Shown here piece after piece: positions 52,700 to 62,466 of a DNA stretch of 64,000 nucleotides. The notes under the pieces are model-generated. The model was not told where the DNA came from. It was given only the letters and a program-made list of their open reading frames with translations, and ran no database searches. The translations under genes and the position numbers were made by a program. Positions within the stretch are counted from its first letter, which is position 1. Each line of letters begins with the position of its first letter. Source of the stretch: Geopsychrobacteraceae bacterium. GTDB taxonomy: Bacteria > Desulfobacterota > Desulfuromonadia > Desulfuromonadales > Geopsychrobacteraceae. The stretch covers positions 2,592,001-2,656,000 of the forward strand of contig OY759353.1 of assembly GCA_963662315.1 (NCBI GenBank), read 5' to 3'.

Positions 52700-52716
52700 C
52701 GGATCAGAATGACACA
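52700..52716. promoter_or_regulatory. Candidate binding site upstream of hypA
   Basis: CGGATCAGAATGACACA, similar to 51092-51108. Confidence 0.45.
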
Positions 52717-52736
52717 TCATCAGGAGTTTCATTGTT

Positions 52737-53078
52737 ATGCATGAAGTCGCTATCACCAGAAACCTTGTTGAAATTGCCGAGCAACACGCGCGCCAGGCTG
52801 TCTGCCAGCGCATTCTGTCCATCAACGTTGATATCGGAGAGATGTCTGGCGTGGTTGCCGAAGCGGTTGAATTCTGTTTTGAGGCTGTCAGTCGTGACAC
52901 CCTGATAGCAGGCGCAGCTCTCATAATCAATCGCATTCCCGGACGGAAGCGCTGTGAAGAATGCCAAGACACCTTCCCGGCCGACAACCTGACTTTTGAA
53001 TGCCCTGCATGCGGCAGTTTCATGCTGACCACCATCCAGGGGGATGAATTGCGTATTACAGAAATGGAGATTGAATAA
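52737..53078 (+). CDS. hypA: Hydrogenase nickel metallochaperone
   Basis: MHE start, CEEC and CPAC, GDEL. Confidence 0.96.
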   Translation: MHEVAITRNLVEIAEQHARQAVCQRILSINVDIGEMSGVVAEAVEFCFEAVSRDTLIAGAALIINRIPGRKRCEECQDTFPADNLTFECPACGSFMLTTIQGDELRITEMEIE

Positions 53079-53079
53079 C

Positions 53080-53820
53080 ATGTGTATCGAATGCGGCTGC
53101 AGCGAAACAACTCATCACTCTCACGACCATGGGCATCACCACGACCATGGGCATCATCACCATGATCACAAAGGGACAACCCTTAAAATAGGGGAGGATC
53201 TGCTGAGTAAGAATAACCGTCTGGCAGCAATGAACCGTATTCTGTTTCAGCACCACAACCTGTTTGTTCTCAACCTGGTCAGTTCGCCAGGTTCCGGCAA
53301 AACGACTTTACTGGAAAAAACCATTCTGGCCCTGAAAGATACACTGAAGATTGCCGTTCTCGAAGGCGACCAGCAGACCAGTAATGATGCCGACCGCATT
53401 GCCGCGACACAAGCGCCGGTCAAGCAGATCAATACCGGGGCCGGCTGTCACCTGGACGCCCACATGGTCAGTCACGGCGTGGAAGGATTTGACCTAGGTG
53501 CGACCGATATCCTGATGATTGAAAACGTCGGCAACCTGGTCTGCCCCGCTTCCTTCGATCTTGGCGAGAACCATAAGGTGGCCGTCCTTTCGGTTACTGA
53601 AGGTGAGGATAAGCCACTGAAATATCCCCACATGTTCCAAGCTGCGGATATAATGCTGCTCAACAAGATCGACCTGCTCCCTTACCTTGATTTCGATGTC
53701 GAAAAATGCAAGAAGTTTGCCCGTCAGGTTAATCCCGATATGCAGATTTTCGAGCTGTCCTGTCGCAGCGGCGAGGGGTTTGATGACTGGCTTGAGTGGT
53801 TAAAAAAGCAGGCATTGTAG
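53080..53820 (+). CDS. hypB: Hydrogenase nickel GTPase
   Basis: MCIECGC, His-rich tract, SPGSGKT, CHLDA, ENVGNLVCP. Confidence 0.96.
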   Translation: MCIECGCSETTHHSHDHGHHHDHGHHHHDHKGTTLKIGEDLLSKNNRLAAMNRILFQHHNLFVLNLVSSPGSGKTTLLEKTILALKDTLKIAVLEGDQQTSNDADRIAATQAPVKQINTGAGCHLDAHMVSHGVEGFDLGATDILMIENVGNLVCPASFDLGENHKVAVLSVTEGEDKPLKYPHMFQAADIMLLNKIDLLPYLDFDVEKCKKFARQVNPDMQIFELSCRSGEGFDDWLEWLKKQAL

Positions 53821-53899
53821 CGGCAAGCTACCTGCGCGCACGGACGTAGTGTCAATATGATACATTGCTACATTGTTTGAACAAAAAAGGACAGCAACT

Positions 53900-54130
53900 A
53901 TGTGTCTTGCCATACCAATGCAAGTTAAGGAGATCGCTCAGGATACCGCCATCTGCGAGATCGATGGAGTCCTTCGCAACGCCAGCCTGATGATGCTGGA
54001 CAGCGTTGAGGTCGGTGATTATGTGCTGATCCACGCCGGCTTTGCCATTGAAAAACTGGACCTGGAAGAAGCTGAAAAAACGCTGGCGTTATTCCGCGAG
54101 ATGGCCAGTCGGGAAGAGGAATTATCATGA
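53900..54130 (+). CDS. hypC: Hydrogenase chaperone
   Basis: MCLAIP, GDYVLIHAGFAI. Confidence 0.96.
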   Translation: MCLAIPMQVKEIAQDTAICEIDGVLRNASLMMLDSVEVGDYVLIHAGFAIEKLDLEEAEKTLALFREMASREEELS

Positions 54131-55218
54131 CTCGGCTGGCAGAGTTTCGCGATCCACGGGTCGCCGCCAAGCTGATTGAGTGCATCAGTAGAGCAACAGC
54201 CGCTCGAAACCATCCGATCACACTCATGGAGGTGTGTGGTACCCACACCATGGCCATTCACCAGCATGGTCTCAGGGGAATTTTACCCCCCGGTATCAAA
54301 CTGGTGTCCGGCCCGGGGTGCCCGGTCTGCGTCACCCCCATTGGTTATGTCGACCACGCGCTGGCCTTAAGCCGCCTGCCTGGCACCATGATCACGACCT
54401 TTGGGGACATGCTGCGCGTCCCCGGATCAAGCACCAGCCTGCTGGAAGAAAAAGCCCGCGGGGCGGATGTCCGCATTGTTTACTCGCCCTTGGATGCCGT
54501 CACCTTAGCCCGCAACCATCAGGACAAGCAGGTTGTCTTTCTGGGGGTCGGCTTTGAAACCACAACGCCCACCATCGCCGGATCAATTCTGCAGGCGCAT
54601 CAGAGTCAAGTGACTAACTTTTCGGTTCTCTGTGCCCATAAAACCATGCCGGGACCAATGCAGGCCCTGACCGTCGACCCGGAGCTTAAGATAGACGGCT
54701 ATCTGTGTCCCGCCCATGTCAGTGCGATTATCGGCGCCAGCGCCTATGAACCTTTGGCGCGCGACAACCATGTTCCCTGCGTGGTTACCGGTTTTGAACC
54801 ATTGGACATTCTGCAGGGGATCGTCATGCTGACCGCGCAAATAAACGCAGGCGTTGCCAGGGTCGAGAACCAGTACAGCCGCTACGTCAAAAACGACGGA
54901 AATATCCGCGCTCAGCAGCTGCTGAACAACGTCTTTGAACCCTGCGATGCTATCTGGCGCGGGCTCGGCACGCTGCCAGGCAGCGGGTTGAAAATCAGGG
55001 AAGAATTCTCAGCCTTCGATGCCGCTGAACGCTTTTCAGTCACTCTTGAGCCCGCCATAGAACCGGCAGGCTGCCGCTGCGGTGAAATCTTGAAAGGGAA
55101 ATTGACCCCACGTGACTGCCCCCTGTTCAGCACCCATTGCACCCCGGAGAAACCGGTTGGCGCCTGTATGGTCTCAAGCGAGGGCACCTGTGCGGCAGAG
55201 TATAAATATGGGCTTTAG
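54127..55218 (+). CDS. hypD: Hydrogenase maturation factor
   Basis: EVCGTHT, GPGCPVC, GFETT, GACMVSSEGTC. Confidence 0.97.
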   Translation: MTRLAEFRDPRVAAKLIECISRATAARNHPITLMEVCGTHTMAIHQHGLRGILPPGIKLVSGPGCPVCVTPIGYVDHALALSRLPGTMITTFGDMLRVPGSSTSLLEEKARGADVRIVYSPLDAVTLARNHQDKQVVFLGVGFETTTPTIAGSILQAHQSQVTNFSVLCAHKTMPGPMQALTVDPELKIDGYLCPAHVSAIIGASAYEPLARDNHVPCVVTGFEPLDILQGIVMLTAQINAGVARVENQYSRYVKNDGNIRAQQLLNNVFEPCDAIWRGLGTLPGSGLKIREEFSAFDAAERFSVTLEPAIEPAGCRCGEILKGKLTPRDCPLFSTHCTPEKPVGACMVSSEGTCAAEYKYGL

Positions 55219-55255
55219 GACTTCACAAATGAATCGCTTGAACGTTCGATTGTCT

Positions 55256-55359
55256 CCCCTCTCCTTGGGGAGAGGGTGGTGCAACGCACCGGGTGAGGGG
55301 ACAGGTTACCGCTAGCCCCTCCTTCGCCTATTCGGGTACCTTCTCCCTCAGGGAGAAGG
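55256..55359. repeat. Inverted REP-like doublet between hypD and hypE
   Basis: CCCCTCTCCTTGGGGAGAGGG...GGGTGAGGGG and CCCCTCC...CCTTCTCCCTCAGGGAGAAGG. Confidence 0.7.
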
Positions 55360-55385
55360 AAGCAGATAAAGAAAGAGAAACTTTC

Positions 55386-56399
55386 ATGAACGACGACATT
55401 ATCCTGCTTGGCCACGGCAGTGGCGGCAAACTCGGTCATCAGTTGCTGGACGAGCTGATTATCCCCACCCTGTCAGGCGTAGCGCAAAAAGATCAGAATG
55501 ACGCTGCGCTCCTGCAGCACCAGGGGGGGCGTCTGGCCTTTACCACTGACTCGTATGTCGTTGATCCGATCTTTTTCCCCGGCGGAAACATTGGCGACCT
55601 GGCCATTCACGGCACGGTCAACGACCTGGCCATGATCGGTGCCACTCCGCTGGCCATAAGTGTCGGGCTGATACTGGAAGAAGGACTCTCCAAGGGTGAT
55701 TTGCATCAGATCCTGCTCAGCATGAAAAACGCGGCACACAAGGCCGGGGTCAAAATTGTCACCGGCGATACCAAAGTGGTGCCGCGCGGCAAAGCGGACA
55801 AGATCTTCATCAACACTTCAGGCATTGGCATCTTTCATCACAATTACACGCTAAGCGGCAACCAGGCCCGGCCCGGCGACAAAATTCTGATCAACGGTAC
55901 CATTGGTGACCACGGTATGGCGATCCTCACCACCCGGGAAGGATTGGCCCTGGAGACCAACATCCAATCCGACAGCGCCGTCCTCAATGGCCTGGCCGAG
56001 GTCCTGCTCAGTAAACTCGGTACATCGATCAGGGCCTTCCGCGACCCGACCCGGGGTGGTGTTGCAACCACGTTGAAAGAGATTGCTCTGCAATCGGGGG
56101 TTGATATTGTTCTTGATGAGAGTTCTCAACCGGTCCGCAGCGATGTCGCTGGGGTCTGTGCCATCCTCGGCCTCGACCCACTGTTCGTTGCCAATGAGGG
56201 GAAAATGCTTGCTATCGTTGCCCCCGATCAGGCCGATCAGGCCCTACAGATAATGCAGCAACACCCTCAGGGGCGCGACGCTGCGATTATCGGTGAGGTG
56301 ACTCAGGAGTCTGCAGGAAAAGTATTTATGCACACAACGCTGGGTGGATTACGCGCTATTGATATGCTGGCCGGCGAACAGCTTCCCAGGATCTGTTGA
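55386..56399 (+). CDS. hypE: Carbamoyl dehydratase
   Basis: HGSGG, TTDSYVVDP, RDPTRGG, C-terminal PRIC; start moved to ATG 55386. Confidence 0.97.
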   Translation: MNDDIILLGHGSGGKLGHQLLDELIIPTLSGVAQKDQNDAALLQHQGGRLAFTTDSYVVDPIFFPGGNIGDLAIHGTVNDLAMIGATPLAISVGLILEEGLSKGDLHQILLSMKNAAHKAGVKIVTGDTKVVPRGKADKIFINTSGIGIFHHNYTLSGNQARPGDKILINGTIGDHGMAILTTREGLALETNIQSDSAVLNGLAEVLLSKLGTSIRAFRDPTRGGVATTLKEIALQSGVDIVLDESSQPVRSDVAGVCAILGLDPLFVANEGKMLAIVAPDQADQALQIMQQHPQGRDAAIIGEVTQESAGKVFMHTTLGGLRAIDMLAGEQLPRIC

Positions 56400-58700
56400 T
56401 TGATGATGGCCATTGCCCCAGTAAGAGTCAGGATTCATGTTGAAGGGATCGTCCAGGGGGTGGGTTTCCGCCCCTTCGTCTACCGTGAAGCCGTGGCCTG
56501 CGGGCTGACCGGGTGGGTCCTGAACAACAGCCAGGGTGTGCAGATTGAGGTCGAAGGACCTCAATCGCAGCACCGGGAGTTCATTGACCGCCTCTACAGC
56601 AACCTCCCGCCACTGGCAACCATCACCAGCCTGAGGATGGAAACGGTCCCCGCCCAAGGGGATTCCAGATTCCAGATTCACCACAGTAAAATCGTTGCCG
56701 AACACAACATTCAGATCGCAGCAGACAGTTATGTCTGCCCCGATTGTCTGGCAGAGTTGTTCAATCCACACGATCGCCGCTACAGCTACCCCTTCATCAA
56801 CTGTACGAATTGCGGCCCGCGCTACAGTATCGTCACCACCATACCCTATGACCGCCCTAACACAACCATGGCGGCTTTTACCATGTGCCCGACCTGCCAG
56901 GCCGAATACGACGATCCTTTATCACGGCGGTTTCATGCCCAACCTAATGCCTGCCCGCACTGTGGCCCGCAACTTACGCTGTATGACTTAGCCGGGACAC
57001 AGGTTACGGGCAACCCGCTTGATAAAACTATTCAGCTGCTGGCAACGGGTCACATCCTCGCCATTAAGGGCTTGGGCGGCTATCACCTCGCCGTCGATGC
57101 CGCCAATGATAGTGCCGTTGCGCTGCTAAGGCAGCGCAAGGCCAGAGACGAAAAACCTTTCGCGCTGATGAGTCTAGATGTTGAACAGGTCCGTAGCTAT
57201 GCGCAGGTCAGCGACCAGGAGCGCCAACTGCTGGAAAGTCCGCAACGCCCGATTGTACTGCTCGAGAAAAAAGAGACTGCCAGTATTTCACCAGGGGTTG
57301 CGCCACGTAATCGCTATTTTGGTGTCATGCTGCCAGCGACACCGCTGCATTACCTGCTGCTCAGGCACTTCCCGGCGCTGGTGATGACCAGCGGCAACAT
57401 CAGCGATGAACCGATCGCTTTTGAAGATGATGATGCCACGTCCCGGCTGGCCAACATCGCCGATTACCGCCTTACCCATAATCGCGCCATCCATATCCGT
57501 ACCGATGACTCCATCGCCCGGATCATTGCCGACAAACCGTTGCTGTTGCGCCGCTCGCGCGGCTATGTCCCCACCAGCCTGCCACTGCCGCAAAAACAGG
57601 GCAGAATTCTGGCACTCGGTGCCGAGCTGAAGAACAGCTTCTGCCTGACTCGGCGTGACCGGGCCTTTTTAAGCCAGCATATCGGCGACCTAAAGAACGC
57701 CGAGACCTATCAGTCCTTTAGTTCCGGAATCGAGCATCTGCAGAACCTGCTGGAATGGCAACCAGAGGTTATTGCCCACGATCTTCACCCTGACTATCTC
57801 TCAACCGGCTACGCCCTGGAACAGCACAACATGCCACATATAGCCGTTCAGCACCACCATGCCCATCTGGCCAGCTGCATGGCAGAAAACAATATTGATG
57901 AACCCTGTATCGGTGTCATTTACGACGGCATCGGCTATGGCACTGACGGACATATCTGGGGTGGGGAATTTCTGGTCGGCGATTATGAAAAGGTCAGACG
58001 CGCAGGTCATTTCAGTTACCTGCCAATGCCGGGAGGAGACCGAGCCACGCAAGAACCTTACCGCATGGCCCTGAGTCTGCTCTGTCATACCTACGGTGAC
58101 CAGTTGCCGAAACTTGATGTTCTTGCTGAGATCTCTCCCCAGGAGCTGAAGCTGCTGCGCCAGATGATTGATAAACGGATCAACTGCCCCCTCACCAGCA
58201 GCTGCGGCCGATTATTTGACGCGGTAGCAGCACTGACCGGATTGCGCTCCATTGTTCACTATGAGGGGCAGGCCGCCCTGGAATTGGAGATGGCCATAAC
58301 AGCGAGAAGCTCAGTCCCCTATCCTTACCAGCTAAGGCTATGTGACGGGGAGTGGCTGTTCGATCCGGCCCCGACAGTGCGGGCCATTGTTGAAGATATA
58401 CACAACCAGAAAGCAGCGGGTGCGATCAGCGCTGATTTTCATCACACCCTGGCGGTCATGACCGTTGATATCTGTAGCCAGTTGCGCACGGACACTGGAA
58501 TCAACAAAGTTGCCCTTTCCGGCGGCGTCTTCCAGAATCGCGTCCTGACCGAAACCACCGTCAACCTGCTTGGTGCCGCGGGCTTCACTCCCCTTATTCA
58601 TAGTCTGGTACCACCCAATGACGGTGGACTGGCACTGGGCCAGGCAGTCATTGCCGGCAGACGTTACGCCGCAACATCTTCCATGTGCTCTAAAAGCTGA
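56400..58700 (+). CDS. hypF: Carbamoyltransferase
   Basis: GIVQGVGFRP, Zn fingers, QHHHAH, PPNDGG. Confidence 0.97.
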   Translation: MMMAIAPVRVRIHVEGIVQGVGFRPFVYREAVACGLTGWVLNNSQGVQIEVEGPQSQHREFIDRLYSNLPPLATITSLRMETVPAQGDSRFQIHHSKIVAEHNIQIAADSYVCPDCLAELFNPHDRRYSYPFINCTNCGPRYSIVTTIPYDRPNTTMAAFTMCPTCQAEYDDPLSRRFHAQPNACPHCGPQLTLYDLAGTQVTGNPLDKTIQLLATGHILAIKGLGGYHLAVDAANDSAVALLRQRKARDEKPFALMSLDVEQVRSYAQVSDQERQLLESPQRPIVLLEKKETASISPGVAPRNRYFGVMLPATPLHYLLLRHFPALVMTSGNISDEPIAFEDDDATSRLANIADYRLTHNRAIHIRTDDSIARIIADKPLLLRRSRGYVPTSLPLPQKQGRILALGAELKNSFCLTRRDRAFLSQHIGDLKNAETYQSFSSGIEHLQNLLEWQPEVIAHDLHPDYLSTGYALEQHNMPHIAVQHHHAHLASCMAENNIDEPCIGVIYDGIGYGTDGHIWGGEFLVGDYEKVRRAGHFSYLPMPGGDRATQEPYRMALSLLCHTYGDQLPKLDVLAEISPQELKLLRQMIDKRINCPLTSSCGRLFDAVAALTGLRSIVHYEGQAALELEMAITARSSVPYPYQLRLCDGEWLFDPAPTVRAIVEDIHNQKAAGAISADFHHTLAVMTVDICSQLRTDTGINKVALSGGVFQNRVLTETTVNLLGAAGFTPLIHSLVPPNDGGLALGQAVIAGRRYAATSSMCSKS

Positions 58701-59356
58701 GTACCAAAAATGATGATTGCCTGTTTCATGACCTGTGCCGCCTGATGGCCATCACGCTGCCGAAAGGCAGTCAGCAAGGCTTTGTGCTGTTCAACCCCGG
58801 CCTTAAGCCGACCGGAGAGCATCAGTTCGGAGAAATGGAGGCGGGTAAATTTCTGTTCCATCTGTGACAGCATTTCAACCAGCCGCAGATTGCCTCCTTC
58901 ATACAGAAACAACCGATGGAACTCCCGACACAAGTCACTGTACACCTTGCAATCTCCCCGCTCTGCCGCTTCAGCAAGTTCCTGATTAATGGCTTCCAGA
59001 CGCGTCAATGCGGCATCAGACATATTCTCTGCCGCCATCTGTGCCGCATAACTTTCCAGCAGTCCTTTGATGTCATAATATTCTTTAACATCCAGAGCAG
59101 ACAGAGGAGCAACGACAACCCCTTTACGTGGAACAACCTTGATATAACCATCCGACTCAAGCTGACGCAACGCTTCCCGGACGGGGGTTCGGCTGACACC
59201 GAACTGTTCCGCCAAGTCCTGCTCGACGATTTTCTCGTTTGGCTTAAGGTCTCCGGTTCTGATCGCTTCACGAATTGTATGGAGAATTTTTTCCCGTAAC
59301 GTCAAAACGCTGTCATCCGATTCATCAGAAACCTCATTCAGTTCCAAAGCTAGCAT
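58664..59356 (-). CDS. GntR/FCD transcriptional regulator
   Basis: LAEQFGVSRTPVREAL; overlaps the hypF 3' end convergently. Confidence 0.9.
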   Translation of the reverse strand: MLALELNEVSDESDDSVLTLREKILHTIREAIRTGDLKPNEKIVEQDLAEQFGVSRTPVREALRQLESDGYIKVVPRKGVVVAPLSALDVKEYYDIKGLLESYAAQMAAENMSDAALTRLEAINQELAEAAERGDCKVYSDLCREFHRLFLYEGGNLRLVEMLSQMEQKFTRLHFSELMLSGRLKAGVEQHKALLTAFRQRDGHQAAQVMKQAIIIFGTQLLEHMEDVAA

Positions 59357-59489
59357 AATCTCGCACCTCTCAATCCAATTAACTTCATTTAATAAAAAAT
59401 CGTTCCTAGAGCTTCTCACCTCATTTTGATGAAAAATGCTTCACCTGTTTTCAAAACTTAGGCATCCGCTGATTCAGAAAATCAGTTGG

Positions 59490-60890
59490 CTACAGCTGAT
59501 CGCCTGGATTCAGAGCCCTGTTGAGATGAACTGCAGTTTTCGTACCCGAAAACTCTTTCACAGAAGAAGAGCTGAGAAACATAGACGGATTCCCCTCGGC
59601 CCGAAGGACTGTCCGGACGTCGACAAAACGAACCCCAGCGAAATCAAATCGACTTGCATCGCTGACAATCGCTGTTTCTGCATGCAGATCCAAACCCGTT
59701 GCAGTGATAGTGGAACGCCAGGCTTGAAGCGCCGGTCCGGATCCTCCCGTCCCAATTTGAGCCTTTTCGATCGTAACCTGAGAATCGCTGACCAGTAATC
59801 GCTCCGCTGTGACGTTGACTAGCCGCACATTATTACAACCGGTGATACGTATGGTTTTATAGCTCCCCTGCAACAGAGCCTCAGACCGTTGGTTACAGCT
59901 GCCATCACCAGCCATCTCCGTTAACGGTGACGAGGCAAAGACCCGTGGGGAAAAGTCCAGGGATTGTTTGAGTACGCGTCTAAAACCCGCCGCATCTTCA
60001 AGCATGGGGGAATGCCCCAGGCCCGGCAAAAGACGTAATTCTGCGCGAGGTAACCGCCATTGCAACACTTCCGCGATGCGAACATTGGCAATTTCATCCT
60101 GCTCGCCCCAAAGTAGCCAGGTTGGCGTTTTTATCTGCCCAAGCAGCAGAGAATAGTCCGTCTGGACCATGGCCAAAGCAGCAATACGGGCTGGCTGACC
60201 CGCCAAAACTCTGGCTCTTAGCATGGCATTATCAAGCACCAGATCAGGATCCAAGGGGATACGGGAAGATTTCTCCAAGACCAGATCAGCAATACGCCCC
60301 AGAGACCCATTAACCATTCCGGAAAACAGTGGCACATCGAACTGCAGCTGTTGTTTGACAAAATACTGGCTTACTGCCAGACGATGAAGAATTCCTACCG
60401 AATCAACCAGCACCAGCCGCTGCAGCTTCTGTCCGTATTGAGCAGCATAAACAATGGAAATTGCGCCCCCCAGGGAATGGCCGACCACAGACAAGGGCTT
60501 GTCAGGCAATGTTGAAATCAGCCAATTCAGGAATAACGCATATTTGGAGGGGGAGTAGAGCTGATTACCTTTGCTTGACCGCCCGAAGCCTGGAAGGTCC
60601 GGAACCACAACATGGTAATCCTTGGCCAGATCGGCAGCAACAGTGTCCCAGATCGTCCCTGCGTCATCACCAAGGCCATGCACCAGCAGCAACAGTTTGT
60701 GGTTCTGTTGTCCGGCCTCGCGGACCAGCACCTGGCCATCGAAAATCGGCTCATCCACCATTTTTTCGCTGGGCCATGAACCATCCGCAAAGGTTAGCGT
60801 CACCATAATTTGAAAAATGACCAGCAACAGACCGACAGTACGTAAACAGATCCCCATAATTAGCAATTGACCGTCTCCGCTTCTTTTCAT
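59490..60890 (-). CDS. Alpha/beta hydrolase with signal-like N-terminus and beta-rich C-terminal extension
   Basis: VHGLG, DLPGFG, GHSLGG nucleophile, WGEQD, GHSP. Confidence 0.85.
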   Translation of the reverse strand: MKRSGDGQLLIMGICLRTVGLLLVIFQIMVTLTFADGSWPSEKMVDEPIFDGQVLVREAGQQNHKLLLLVHGLGDDAGTIWDTVAADLAKDYHVVVPDLPGFGRSSKGNQLYSPSKYALFLNWLISTLPDKPLSVVGHSLGGAISIVYAAQYGQKLQRLVLVDSVGILHRLAVSQYFVKQQLQFDVPLFSGMVNGSLGRIADLVLEKSSRIPLDPDLVLDNAMLRARVLAGQPARIAALAMVQTDYSLLLGQIKTPTWLLWGEQDEIANVRIAEVLQWRLPRAELRLLPGLGHSPMLEDAAGFRRVLKQSLDFSPRVFASSPLTEMAGDGSCNQRSEALLQGSYKTIRITGCNNVRLVNVTAERLLVSDSQVTIEKAQIGTGGSGPALQAWRSTITATGLDLHAETAIVSDASRFDFAGVRFVDVRTVLRAEGNPSMFLSSSSVKEFSGTKTAVHLNRALNPGDQL

Positions 60891-61067
60891 TTATAACGCT
60901 TAGGGACCAATAGTAGGAACCATGCAAACAGTCCTATCTATAGCATATTTCGCCCCGGCATGCGCCTACCAAGAGCAGAAAAACTCCAATAATAGGATTT
61001 TATTACCGAATAAACTCCTAAGATTTCATAACTTATTGATATGCTGATAACATTAAGGCCATTCCTC

Positions 61068-61096
61068 TTGACACCCAGCATAATTTTCAGGATATT
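61068..61096 (+). promoter_or_regulatory. sigma70-like promoter
   Basis: TTGACA-17bp-GATATT. Confidence 0.4.
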
Positions 61097-61167
61097 TGAT
61101 CCTTTGCGGAGTTACAAACCAAACGGGTCGGACTGCTCTGCTTTAGTATTTTTCTCAAGAAAACGTA

Positions 61168-62460
61168 ATGCGAATTCTGTTAATTAATCCACCGAACTGC
61201 GGGCGCAGCATTCCTGAAGAACGCTACGGGATCAGCTCGATCAAACAGATCTTCAAAGGTGAACCGCTGGCGCTTGAAACGCTGGCCGGCAACCTGCTGG
61301 ACCATGAGGTCCGCATCCTTGATCTGAAAGTCGAACCGGATCAGTTATCGGCAGCGGTTAACGATTTCCACCCCGAACTGGTCGGCTTTACCGCTATGAC
61401 TTGCGAAGCCAATACGGTTCTTGCTCTGGCCGCACAGGTAAAAGCAGAATGCAACGCCCAGGTTGTCGTTGGCGGAGTACACGCGTCCTGTGATCCCCAA
61501 TTTTTCAATCACGAACAGATCGATTGGATCGTTATCGGTCTGGGCAAACAGAGCCTTTCCGAACTGATCAATGCCCTTGACTCAGGTCAAGAACCGACCA
61601 TTCCAGGCGTGGCGGCTGCAACGCCGGGCAAACCACTGCAATGGCAACCGCGTCCGTACGGCACTGCAGACCTGGTCACGCACCGTTCCACCCGCTATGA
61701 CCTGGTGGCCCGGTATCGCAGCCAATATACACTGCAGGGGCTGAACCTGCAGATGGGGCAGGTCGCGACGGCTGCCGGCTGCCCTTACAGCTGCCATTTC
61801 TGCTGTATTTCACCTGTCACCGGAGGCCGCTACCTGACCCATGAAACGGACCGTGTGATAGAGGATATTCGGGCTTTGAGCGACACTCCGGTGATCCGCC
61901 TGGTTGATGCCAACAGTTTCGGCAACCCCGATCAGGCCATGAAACTGGCAGCAGCCATTGAAGCCGCTGGAATCAGAAAACAGTACCTGGCGGATGTACG
62001 CTCTGATATGGTGGTGCGCCATCCACATATGCTCAAACGCTGGAAAGATATCGGGCTGCGTGCAGTCGTCATCGGTTTTGAAGAGATCGACGACAATGCC
62101 CTGGGGGGGATGAATAAAGCCAATTCGCAGGCCAACAACCGGGCAGCGATCCATATTCTTCACGACCTGGGTCTGGCCATTGTCGGCGATTTTATTATTT
62201 CTCCTGATTATGAAGAGTCTGACTTTGACCGGCTAGGTCAGTTTGTTCGTGAACAATCGATCGATCTGCCCATGTATACGGTCATGACACCTCTTCCCGG
62301 CACACCGCTTTTTATGCGGATGCAGAATCAGATTATCATTCATGATCTTGATTATTACACCCTGACCAATGCCGTTACGCCAACGCGTCTTGATGAAGAA
62401 TTATTTTATCAGCGCTATGCGGCATTGCTTCAGGAAGGTCATAAAAACGCAAAGGTTTAA
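61168..62460 (+). CDS. Cobalamin-binding radical SAM protein
   Basis: ILLINPP, VVGGVHAS, GCPYSCHFC, TPLPGT. Confidence 0.9.
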   Translation: MRILLINPPNCGRSIPEERYGISSIKQIFKGEPLALETLAGNLLDHEVRILDLKVEPDQLSAAVNDFHPELVGFTAMTCEANTVLALAAQVKAECNAQVVVGGVHASCDPQFFNHEQIDWIVIGLGKQSLSELINALDSGQEPTIPGVAAATPGKPLQWQPRPYGTADLVTHRSTRYDLVARYRSQYTLQGLNLQMGQVATAAGCPYSCHFCCISPVTGGRYLTHETDRVIEDIRALSDTPVIRLVDANSFGNPDQAMKLAAAIEAAGIRKQYLADVRSDMVVRHPHMLKRWKDIGLRAVVIGFEEIDDNALGGMNKANSQANNRAAIHILHDLGLAIVGDFIISPDYEESDFDRLGQFVREQSIDLPMYTVMTPLPGTPLFMRMQNQIIIHDLDYYTLTNAVTPTRLDEELFYQRYAALLQEGHKNAKV

Positions 62461-62466
62461 CCCGAT

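Noticed and set aside
53122..53157. 18-bp tandem repeat
   Set aside because: Encodes the ordinary His-rich nickel-binding tract of HypB
58664..58700. Convergent 37-bp overlap of hypF and the GntR gene as antisense control
   Set aside because: Short 3' overlaps are common and nothing else indicates regulation
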